A stretch of DNA of 64,000 nucleotides, from assembly GCA_965218795.1 (NCBI GenBank), contig OZ244653.1, positions 3,598,234 to 3,662,233 on the forward strand, in the 5' to 3' direction. Both the position numbers and the translations under genes were made by a program. The notes under the pieces were generated by a model. That model searched no databases. It was not told the DNA's origin and saw nothing but the letters and a program-made list of their open reading frames with translations. Positions 27,840 through 35,669 of the stretch are shown in pieces; the stretch's first letter is position 1, and every line of letters begins with the position of its first letter. The stretch comes from a bacterium. Lineage in GTDB: Bacteria > UBA8248 > JACPRG01 > G963555815.

Positions 27840-29915
27840 ATGGACCGACCTTTGCGTCTGCAGGGGACCGATGGGATTCGCGCCGCCGTGGGTCCTGATA
27901 ATGAAGCGAGCCGGCGGGATCCCCTGGGAACCTACCTGCGGACCGGACGCCTGACTCCGGCTTTCGCCACACTGTACGCCCGGGCCTTTGCGGAGGAGGA
28001 GACATCCCCCGGGGAGGAAGTCATTGTCGGATGGGACCCCCGGGACCGCGGCGGAGATTTCACCAAGGCGGTCGTCGGAGGCGTCCTCCAGGCCGGTCGC
28101 AGGCCGGTCGTTCTGGGAACCGTTCCGACCCCCGCCGTCCCCCTGCTCATGATCCGGCGGAAGTCCAACGCCGGGATCATGGTGACGGCCTCGCACAACC
28201 CCGAAAGCCAGAACGGACTCAAGCTCTTCCTCGGCCCCCTCGCGACCAAGCTCTACCCGGCGGATGAGGAGCGGCTGACCCGGAAAGTGTACGACCTGGG
28301 TGGAAGTCCGGCCCGTTCGTCCTCGGAAGGAGAGCCTTTGCTGAGGGAGGCCGAGGCACGGAGAGCCTTCATCGATGACTCCTGCGACCCGTTCAATTCC
28401 TGGCTGCCCGAACCCGTCCCAGGCGGGTCCGGCGCAGCCGAGGGACCCTTGGCGGATCTTCTGCTCGTGGTGGACGCCGCGGGGGGAAGCATGGCGGGTT
28501 TGGCCGCCGATGTCCTCCGCCGCCTGGGGGCCGGCGAAGTGGTTGAAGTGAACGGCACCGGCGCCCCGATCAACGAGGATGGGGGGGTGGTCGATCTGGA
28601 ACAGGTCCATTGGGTCGACGCCGATTGCCGAAGCGACGCCGGCAAGGACTTCAGCCGACACGCGGGGGTCGCCGCCTTGATCGAGGCCGCCGGCGGATGC
28701 CGCCCGGAGCTCCTGTCCGGAAAGCGTTGGGCCGCGGGCGCGGTTTTTGACGGCGACGGCGACCGCGCCGTTCTCCTGTTCTACGATCCGTTCAGCGAAG
28801 GGGCTGCGGTGCTGGACGGCGATCGGGCCGCCCTCCATATGGCGAGGTTTCTGTCGGACGCGGACCCGAATGGCTGGAAGGGGACCTCGTATGTCAATAC
28901 GGTGGACAGCGACCTGGGTGCGGCGGCGGCCGCATCGGAGTTGGGGTTTGCGCCCGCGCTCTCGGCGGTCGGAGACAAGTGGTTGCTCTGGCGCGCGGGA
29001 CTGGCCTGCGCCCGCGCAGGGGCCGATGAGGCGGGGGGGGCTTCGGGATCGCTGGGAGCGTTGGAGGCGGGAGAGGGCGACGCCCGCGCGCTCGCCGCGT
29101 ATCTGCGGGATCTGAGCCGGGAGCCGGCCGATGCCTTGCTGACCCCCGGAAGGATCCCCTTTGCCCTGGGGAGCGAGGCGTCGGGCCATCACGTGACCCT
29201 GGGGCGCACGCAGGTCGACGGAAACTTCTCTCCCGTATTCGCCGGCAACGGCCTCAAGGCGGCGACAAACACCCTTGCGGCGATTCGGGCGCTCTCCATG
29301 GGAAGGTCCGTCGGCGAGTGGGTCGAGGCGGTGTGCCGACCTTACCCGACGGGGTATCGAAAAACCTACTACGCCTTTTACACGGACCGGGAGAAATTCG
29401 CGCCCGGGACCGATGCCTGGCGCAAGATGGAAGAGCTTCTCCCCCGGACGTGCGAATCGAAGTTGGGGAAGCGCTGCCGGTCCCGCCGGTTGAGAATCTC
29501 CGAAGACCCCGGCATGCTGTATCTCGCGCTGGAGGATGCCGAGGGCGTTCAGCGGGCCGCGGTTTTCGTCCGGAATTCCGGGACGGAGGAACGGACGGGC
29601 GTGACGGTCCAGGGCGTTCCGGGCGAGGCGGCGGCTCTGGATGAAATCGGAGAGACTGGCCTCCGCTCTCTCCTCGCGGACCTCAAGCGCGGCGGCCATC
29701 CGTACGCTGAGGCGGAGAGGGAGATATTGGGACGGCTCACGGGCGGAACGTTAAGCGTCGAGGAAGCCGGAAAAGAGGTAGGGAAACATGTAGAGGTCCG
29801 GCGACTGTTCAAGGAAATGAAGCGCCAGGGCCTGATTCTCGTGGAGGGCGGGACCGTTGCCGCAACGGACATCGGTCGGTGGTACGCGGAGAATGCGGCG
29901 GCGCCGTCAGGGTGA
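27840..29915 (+). CDS. Alpha-D-phosphohexomutase-family protein (GlmM-like) with large insertions and a C-terminal extension
   Basis: All four family motifs are present: TASHNPESQNG (active Ser), FDGDGDR (Mg), GSEASGH (sugar loop) and RNSGTEERTG (phosphate loop). The protein has about 690 aa. The last 90 aa or so (LSVEEAGKEVGKHVEVRRLFKEMKRQGLILVEGG) look winged-helix-like. Confidence 0.8.
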   Translation: MDRPLRLQGTDGIRAAVGPDNEASRRDPLGTYLRTGRLTPAFATLYARAFAEEETSPGEEVIVGWDPRDRGGDFTKAVVGGVLQAGRRPVVLGTVPTPAVPLLMIRRKSNAGIMVTASHNPESQNGLKLFLGPLATKLYPADEERLTRKVYDLGGSPARSSSEGEPLLREAEARRAFIDDSCDPFNSWLPEPVPGGSGAAEGPLADLLLVVDAAGGSMAGLAADVLRRLGAGEVVEVNGTGAPINEDGGVVDLEQVHWVDADCRSDAGKDFSRHAGVAALIEAAGGCRPELLSGKRWAAGAVFDGDGDRAVLLFYDPFSEGAAVLDGDRAALHMARFLSDADPNGWKGTSYVNTVDSDLGAAAAASELGFAPALSAVGDKWLLWRAGLACARAGADEAGGASGSLGALEAGEGDARALAAYLRDLSREPADALLTPGRIPFALGSEASGHHVTLGRTQVDGNFSPVFAGNGLKAATNTLAAIRALSMGRSVGEWVEAVCRPYPTGYRKTYYAFYTDREKFAPGTDAWRKMEELLPRTCESKLGKRCRSRRLRISEDPGMLYLALEDAEGVQRAAVFVRNSGTEERTGVTVQGVPGEAAALDEIGETGLRSLLADLKRGGHPYAEAEREILGRLTGGTLSVEEAGKEVGKHVEVRRLFKEMKRQGLILVEGGTVAATDIGRWYAENAAAPSG

Positions 29916-29927
29916 CGAGGGAGAGGA

Positions 29928-30722
29928 ATGAGCAATCGGCCTGAAACCCGGCCCGGATTTTATTTTCCGGGGGACGACGACCCATGGGTCGCCGGGCTTT
30001 TCCGCGATACCGAACGGGTTTGGGAGGGGGTTCCCCGAATTGCCGGCGCCATCGATGAAGTGATCGCCGAAAGCGAGGCCCCGGCCGGGGCGGTACCGCC
30101 CGGAATCGGGCTCCACGACGGGATGATCACCGCCGACGCGCTGGTTCGGGTTTCCGAAGATATCCTCCTGCCCGAGTTGCGGATCCTGATTCGGGCGGGG
30201 GCGGTCCTGGAGCCGGGCGTCCTGATCAAATCCGGCGCCCTGGTCGGCGAAGGAGCGGAGCTCCGCCAGGGGGCGTACCTCCGCGGGGATGCGATCATCG
30301 CCGGCGGCGCCATCGTCGGCCATGTGAGCGAGGTCAAGAATTCGGTCTTTTTCGCCGGCGCGGAGGCCGGGCACTTCGCCTACGTGGGGGACAGCATCCT
30401 GGGCCGGCGCGTCAACCTGGGCGCGGGGACCAAGCTGGCCAATCTCCAGCTCAGGACGCCGAAGCAGAAGGCCGGGGACGCTCCATGCTCCGTCACATTG
30501 TCCGCGGACGGATCGATCCTGGACACCGGCCTGCGCAAGCTCGGAGCCATCCTGGGCGACGACGTGGAGATCGGATGCAATACCGTCACCTCGCCCGGAA
30601 CGCTGGTCGGCCCCCGCACCTGGATATATTCGACCACGACGGTCCGGAAAGGTTTTTATCCGGCCGATGCCATCATCCGCCCCGAGTCGAGAGACCTGGA
30701 AACCATCCCGAAGAAGAAGTAG
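29928..30722 (+). CDS. Left-handed beta-helix (hexapeptide) transferase, GlmU C-terminal-domain-like
   Basis: Hexapeptide repeats: IIAGGAIVGHVSEVKNSVFFAGAEAGHFAYVGDSILGRRVNLGAGTKLANL. Confidence 0.7.
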   Translation: MSNRPETRPGFYFPGDDDPWVAGLFRDTERVWEGVPRIAGAIDEVIAESEAPAGAVPPGIGLHDGMITADALVRVSEDILLPELRILIRAGAVLEPGVLIKSGALVGEGAELRQGAYLRGDAIIAGGAIVGHVSEVKNSVFFAGAEAGHFAYVGDSILGRRVNLGAGTKLANLQLRTPKQKAGDAPCSVTLSADGSILDTGLRKLGAILGDDVEIGCNTVTSPGTLVGPRTWIYSTTTVRKGFYPADAIIRPESRDLETIPKKK

Positions 30723-30729
30723 CCCCTCC

Positions 30730-33027
30730 GTGCATTCCTACCTCGAAGGTCTGACGGATCAGCAAAGAGAAGCCGTGCTCCACGAGGGCTCCCCCCTGCT
30801 CGTCCTTGCCGGGGCGGGATCCGGGAAGACCCGTGTGGTCACGCGGCGCATCGCCCGTCTGATCACGGAGGGCCTCGCGCGGCCCCAAGAGGTTCTCGCC
30901 CTGACCTTCACCAACAAGGCGGCGGGGGAGATGCGGGAGCGCGCCCTGCGCCTCCTGGCGGGTGAAGACGGGGAGTCCGTCGGGAGAGCCGGTGCGCGGG
31001 GAGGCGATCGAGGGGACGCGGATCCCGCTCCGGCCCGTCTGCTCTGGGTCTCGACCTTCCATTCGGCCTGCGCCCGGATCCTCCGGTACGACGGCAAGGC
31101 CCTGGGGCTCGAGCCCGATTTCACGATATATGACGCCGCGGACAGCCTGGCCGCGATCACCGCGGTCGCCTCCGACCTGGGAATCAACCGGGATCTCTAC
31201 GCCCCCCGCCTGCTCTTGTCGGTGATCCGCAGGGCCAAAAGCCAAGGGATCGGACCGGATCAGTTCGAGGGCCTGGGTTTCGGCGTGGACGCCAAGGTGC
31301 GGCAGGTCTACCCGGCCTATCAGGCCCGCCTTCGGGAATCGGGCGCGGCCGACTTCGACGATCTGCTCTTCATGACGACCCGGCTGTTCGAGGAACATAC
31401 CGATATCCTGAATGCTTACCGGGAACGCTTCCGCCGGATTCTGATCGACGAGTACCAGGACACCAACGGCGCCCAGCACCACCTCCTCAAGCTCCTGGCC
31501 GGGCAAGGCGGGAACCTCTGCGTGGTGGGGGATGAGGACCAAAGCATCTACAAATGGCGCGGCGCCGAGGTGGAAGGGATCCTTCAGATGGAGCGGGCCT
31601 ACCCGGGAACCCGCGTCATCCGTCTGGAGAAAAACTTCCGGTCATCGGCCGCCATCCTTCGCGGGGCCGCGGGCGTGATCGGGCGAAACCGCCGCCGGCG
31701 GAACAAGGCCCTCATCCCCACGCGGGAAGCCGGCGAGAAGCTGGTCCTCTATTCGGCCCTGGACGATGGGGCCGAGGCGGAGTACGTCGCCTCCAAAGTG
31801 ATTGACATCCGAAGAGGGCCGGGCGACCCGTCCGGACCGAGCAGCACGGCGGTGTTTTTCCGTACGCACGCCCAGTCGCGCCCGTTCGAGGAGGCCTTCC
31901 GCCGCCACCGCATCCCGCACCGCGTGGTGGCCGGGCTCCGTTTCTTCGACCGGAAGGAGATCAAGGATGTCGTTTCCTATTGCAAGGTCCTGGTGAACCC
32001 AAGGGCCGAGGACGCGCTCCTGCGGATCATCAACGTTCCGCCCCGCGGGATCGGCGGGACGACGGTCCAACGGCTGAAGGAGGCCGTCCGGGAGACCGGC
32101 CGGTCGATTTGGGACGTCATCGCCCGTCCGGGCGAGGCGGTTCGTGGCTCGGCCAAAAGCCGGGTGGCGGATTTCCATGAACTCATGGCGCGATTGGCGG
32201 AAGAAGCCGTGCGCCTGCCGGTCGTGGACCTGTTCCGGAGCCTCCAGGTCCGGACGGGGTATGCGGAGTTTTGCCGCGAGACGGGCCGGGAAGCGGTCTT
32301 GAAGGAGTTTGCGGATTCCCTGGAGAAGTTCCAGGGCGAATGGAAATCGGACGCCGCCCCCCGGCTGCGGGATTATCTGGACGAGGCCGCTTTGCTGAGC
32401 GACATCGATACCGTCGAAGGCCAACCCGGGGGGGAAGTCCTCCTCATGACCCTTCATGCGGCCAAGGGCCTTGAGTTCGACACCGTTTTCCTGACCGGCG
32501 TGGAAGAGGGTCTCATCCCCCACAGCCAGTCCCTGCGGGCCGCGGAGGGCGATATCGAGGAAGAGCGCCGCCTCTTTTACGTTGGGATGACCCGCGCGCA
32601 AAATCGACTGATCCTCACCCGGGCGCTGACGCGAACCCTGTACGGCCAAACGCGCTCTCATCCGGAATCGGTCTTCCTGTCCGAAATCCCGGAGGATGTT
32701 CTGACACGGGAGGGCGGGGAAGGCCGCTTCGGGCAGAAGGCCGCCTTCTCGGATGCGGGAGGGGATGGGCGGCGGCGGAGGCCGAGGCGTGGAGAGGAGC
32801 CCGCCGGGCCGCGGGGAGGTCATTTTTCAGGGCAGGCGGAATCCGAGGCCCGAACGTCGTCGGCCGGGCAATGGAAGATGGGGGCCCGTGTCCTTCACGA
32901 CACCTTCGGGTCGGGGACGATCGTCGAGAGCCGGGGCTCGGGCGACGAGCTCTGCGTCACCGTCCGCTTCGCGACCGGGACGAAGCAGCTGATGATCAAA
33001 TACGCGCCGATGCGCATTGCGGGCTAG
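30730..33027 (+). CDS. pcrA: UvrD/PcrA-type ATP-dependent DNA helicase
   Basis: LTDQQREAVLHEGSPLLVLAGAGSGKT, ILIDEYQDTNGAQ, VGDEDQSIYKWRGA and LMTLHAAKGLEFDTVFL. GTG start at 30730. Confidence 0.93.
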   Translation: MHSYLEGLTDQQREAVLHEGSPLLVLAGAGSGKTRVVTRRIARLITEGLARPQEVLALTFTNKAAGEMRERALRLLAGEDGESVGRAGARGGDRGDADPAPARLLWVSTFHSACARILRYDGKALGLEPDFTIYDAADSLAAITAVASDLGINRDLYAPRLLLSVIRRAKSQGIGPDQFEGLGFGVDAKVRQVYPAYQARLRESGAADFDDLLFMTTRLFEEHTDILNAYRERFRRILIDEYQDTNGAQHHLLKLLAGQGGNLCVVGDEDQSIYKWRGAEVEGILQMERAYPGTRVIRLEKNFRSSAAILRGAAGVIGRNRRRRNKALIPTREAGEKLVLYSALDDGAEAEYVASKVIDIRRGPGDPSGPSSTAVFFRTHAQSRPFEEAFRRHRIPHRVVAGLRFFDRKEIKDVVSYCKVLVNPRAEDALLRIINVPPRGIGGTTVQRLKEAVRETGRSIWDVIARPGEAVRGSAKSRVADFHELMARLAEEAVRLPVVDLFRSLQVRTGYAEFCRETGREAVLKEFADSLEKFQGEWKSDAAPRLRDYLDEAALLSDIDTVEGQPGGEVLLMTLHAAKGLEFDTVFLTGVEEGLIPHSQSLRAAEGDIEEERRLFYVGMTRAQNRLILTRALTRTLYGQTRSHPESVFLSEIPEDVLTREGGEGRFGQKAAFSDAGGDGRRRRPRRGEEPAGPRGGHFSGQAESEARTSSAGQWKMGARVLHDTFGSGTIVESRGSGDELCVTVRFATGTKQLMIKYAPMRIAG

Positions 33028-33092
33028 GGCTGGCCAAATGTGTCCTTCGGCTGTTACATTATGAGGGTAACAGAACTCTGGAGAACCCGGCA

Positions 33093-33380
33093 TTGGAATT
33101 AACCAGGGAACAGATCGATCACATCTCGCAGCTCGCGCGGCTGAACTTCTCCGAGGAAGAGCGTGAGCAGTTCCGGGAACAGCTCGCCGGTATCCTCTCC
33201 TATGTCGGGATGCTGAATGACGTCGATACGGCGGACGTCGAGCCGGTGACGACCGTCCTTCCCCAGGTGAACGTCTTCCGGGAAGACGAGGTCCGCAAAC
33301 CGCTCCCGCAGGAAGATTTTCTCTCGCTCGCCCCCTCGGCCGATCACGGCCACTACAAGGTCCCGAAAGTCATTGAATAG
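33093..33380 (+). CDS. gatC: Asp/Glu-tRNA amidotransferase subunit C
   Basis: ELTREQIDHISQLARLNFSEEEREQFREQLAGILSYVGMLNDVDTADVEP. TTG start at 33093 with GGAGAA 8 nt upstream. It is embedded in the longer 32871 ORF that overlaps pcrA. Confidence 0.85.
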   Translation: MELTREQIDHISQLARLNFSEEEREQFREQLAGILSYVGMLNDVDTADVEPVTTVLPQVNVFREDEVRKPLPQEDFLSLAPSADHGHYKVPKVIE

Positions 33381-33387
33381 AGAGAGC

Positions 33388-33467
33388 GGGCACGGCCTGC
33401 TCCGGTTTCGCCGGGCACAGGCGTTGGATTCATGTAAGATACCCTCCTCCAGCCCGGCTTCGGCGCC
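33388..33467. repeat. Repeat family B copy 1 (about 80 bp, GGCACGGCCTGCTCCGGTTTCGCCGGGCACA...GATACCCTCCTCCAGCCCGGCT)
   Basis: It aligns by eye over about 80 bp with 53794-53871, at roughly 85% identity. Both copies start 8-15 nt after a + strand stop codon (gatC, alaS). Confidence 0.85.
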
Positions 33468-33545
33468 TTGAAGGCGCCGCAAAACGCTGAGGCCTGTTGC
33501 CTCCAGAATGTCCTCTCACCCTTTTTGGTCTTGCCCCCCGGAAAA

Positions 33546-33931
33546 ACTTTGGAAATGATACGCTTGACTGGTCAGGTCTTTTTTCTGGATTCCCGCTTCC
33601 GCGGGAATGACAGGCTGTTGTACGTGGGCCTCGTTTGTCATTCCTGCGCAAGCAGGAACCCACTCTCCGACTGAAACACTCGGGGACAGGCTCCGCGGGA
33701 ATGACCCCCGCCTGAAACCGTTGGGGCGGGGGCGCTGGGGGACCGGCATGGTTCTGGTGATCATTCCCGCCCCCGACTCAAGCCTTCGGGGACAGGCTGC
33801 AACGGGAATCCATCTCGACGGAGAAATCGACTTACGCGGCGCCTGACGATCTCGAGGCGCGGTACGGGTCTACGGCAATCTCCGAAGAATGATACCCCTG
33901 GCTGGTCAAGCGTATCATTCCCAAAACTTTC
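33546..33931. repeat. REP-like palindromic-unit array (family C) bounded by an imperfect inverted repeat; MITE-like
   Basis: The units are GGATTCCCGC-ttcc-GCGGGAATGACA (33587-33612), GTCATTCCTGC-gcaa-GCAGGAACC (33637-33660), CGGGGACAGGCTCCGCGGGAATGAC (33679-33705) and GATCATTCCCGC...ACGGGAATCC (33759-33810). The flanking inverted repeat has the core AATGATACGCTTGAC at about 33553-33570 and, inverted, at about 33903-33920. Confidence 0.8.
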
Positions 33932-33934
33932 CTT

Positions 33935-34375
33935 TCGCTGCGCAAGTGGCGGTGTATGCCTGTGCCTGGGTCGCAGTCTGCGGCAATCTCGCGGCGGTGT
34001 CCCCTTGTGGCTGACTCTGGGATGGCCGCATGGGTGACGGGCTTCGGCTTCATATACGCCTGCCTGGATGACGACTTCGACCGTTCAGAGGAGGTGCGCG
34101 CTCCATCCCCGCGCGGTTCGGCATTGCAAGCGCCCTGCGGCTCTCCGCAATTCTGCATCCCGTCACCATTTTTCCTTTCTCGAGGCGGGCAGATCGGGTA
34201 ACCTTGGGGAATCTATTGGATTGGCTGGCGGGTAGCGGGATTCTGGTCTGTGAGCATCTCCTGGCGAGGCTCACCGATCTGTCGCGGGCAAATTTTTTTC
34301 GTTCTTTGACCTGAACGCCTGGTTCAGTGTCGTCGTCGGGTTGGGGGTGGTCGCTGATGTCCTCTGGCGTTCGCA
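33935..34375 (+). pseudogene. C-terminal half of a UbiA-family prenyltransferase gene, broken by at least 3 frameshifts; 5' half missing
   Basis: The pieces lie in three frames: VAVYACAWVAVCGNLAAV; MAAWVTGFGFIYACLDDDFDRSEEV; RSIPARFGIASALRLSAILHPVTIF...GILVCEHLLARLTDLSRANFF; FFDLNAWFSVVVGLGVVADVLW. This fits the UbiA pattern (fD.iYA.qD...D...Gv.SiP..fG). The last frame runs into the next gene's ORF. Confidence 0.55.
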
Positions 34376-34412
34376 TGGGCGAAAAGACCTCCGATGGGGA
34401 AGGGGGAAGAGG

Positions 34413-35372
34413 TTGAGATTCCGTGGATTGGCCGTGAGACTGGTCGTGCTGTTCTTGATGGGCGGCACCGGATTACTGTTGAAAGCCGGAGTGGCCCGGG
34501 GCGCGGAGAAAGAGATTCGCCTGGGCATCCTGCCCATTGTCGACGCGCTTCCCTACATCATCATCTCCGATAAGGGGCTCGACCGGAAACACGGTTTCCG
34601 GTTCATCACCTTTCCGTTCCAGAGCGCGCTGGAGCGGGACGCGGCGCTGACCTCCGGTTCCGCCGATGGCGGCCTGAGCGATATGATCACGGCCACTGTC
34701 ATGGTCTCGCGGAATGTCGACGTCGCGGTCGCCGCGCTCCTTCTGGGCGCGGTGGGGAAGGAAGGCCCGTTTTACATCCTGGGGTCCCCCAAGGGCGGCC
34801 CGGCGACCTTGAGCGCGCTGAAGGGCATGCCCATTGGGATTTCCTCGAACACGATCATCCAGTACGTAACGGACCGCATGCTGCAGGCCAGGGGATTCGG
34901 ACCGGACGATATCAAGACGGTAGAGGTCAAGAAGATCCCTTTGCGGTTCCAGATGCTCATGACCGGCCAGATCGGAGCCGCGACACTGCCCGATCCGCTG
35001 GCAACGCTCGCCATCGCCAAAGGGGCGAAGCCCCTCGCCAACGATGTCGCTGACAACCTGTCCCAGTCCATCACCATGTTCACCGGCCGGGCCATCCGGG
35101 CCAAGACGTCGACGATGAAGGCCTACGCCCGCGCTTACAACGAGGCGGTGGACGCGATCAACGCGGACCCCGATTCCTGGAAGGGCCTCCTCGTCAAGAA
35201 GGCGCGTCTCCCCAAGCCCATCCTGAACAGTTATTCCGTGGTCCCGTTCCCGAGGATTCAGCTCCCGTCGCGGGAGAAGGCGGAAGACGTCATCCGGTGG
35301 GCAAAAGGGAAAAAGCTCCTGAAGGATCCCGTGACGTACGAGAAGCTGACTACAAAGATCCTGTTGGATTGA
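34413..35372 (+). CDS. ABC transporter substrate-binding protein (NMT1/SsuA/TauA-like, NitT/TauT family)
   Basis: A signal-like RLVVLFLMGGTGLLLKAGVARGAEKE is followed by IRLGILPIVDALPYIIISDKG. The ABC ATPase and permease lie downstream. The start is uncertain (34413 TTG, 34434 GTG). The track start at 34341 belongs to the pseudogene tail. Confidence 0.8.
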   Translation: MRFRGLAVRLVVLFLMGGTGLLLKAGVARGAEKEIRLGILPIVDALPYIIISDKGLDRKHGFRFITFPFQSALERDAALTSGSADGGLSDMITATVMVSRNVDVAVAALLLGAVGKEGPFYILGSPKGGPATLSALKGMPIGISSNTIIQYVTDRMLQARGFGPDDIKTVEVKKIPLRFQMLMTGQIGAATLPDPLATLAIAKGAKPLANDVADNLSQSITMFTGRAIRAKTSTMKAYARAYNEAVDAINADPDSWKGLLVKKARLPKPILNSYSVVPFPRIQLPSREKAEDVIRWAKGKKLLKDPVTYEKLTTKILLD

Positions 35373-35537
35373 GTGGCTCCCAAGAGCGGGAAAACCCAGG
35401 GAGATTCTTGGGGAGGCAACGTACCTCTACTGCGATTTCGCATCTCACCGATAATTGTTTCCGTTCCGCGCTTGATCCACACGCAGCCAGCCAATCCGCC
35501 CTTCACCGCGAGCAGGCCGCGTCGCAGGCGCGGCCGT

Positions 35538-35590
35538 CAAAAGTTTTTGAAGGGGGCCACAGGGGGAACCATTTTCAAAATGTTCCCCCT
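35538..35590. repeat. Repeat family A copy 2
   Basis: AAAAGTTTTTGAAGGGGGCCACAGGGGGAACCATTTTCAAAATGTTCCCCCT. It has an internal hairpin GGGGGAAC/GTTCCCCC around the loop CATTTTCAAAAT. Confidence 0.85.
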
Positions 35591-35669
35591 GACTGACGAA
35601 CTTGCTTTCAAACCTTGATGTAGACACCCTGCTCTCCCTGTTTTTACTGTGGAACTATCCGTTGAATCC

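Noticed and set aside
33430-33764. ORFs translating to ...VIPAEAGIQ... and similar peptides (33430..33663, 33516..33764, 33607..33846, 55090..55494, 55146..55424, 55351..55627).
   Set aside because: They are conceptual translations of the palindromic repeat units. The same pseudo-peptides arise wherever the repeat occurs.
33587-33810. A possible CRISPR array, suggested by repeated palindromic units.
   Set aside because: The units are of several different types and orientations, about 24-27 bp long, and irregularly spaced (about 20-50 bp). There are no cas genes nearby. This behaves like REP/BIME-type repeats, not CRISPR.
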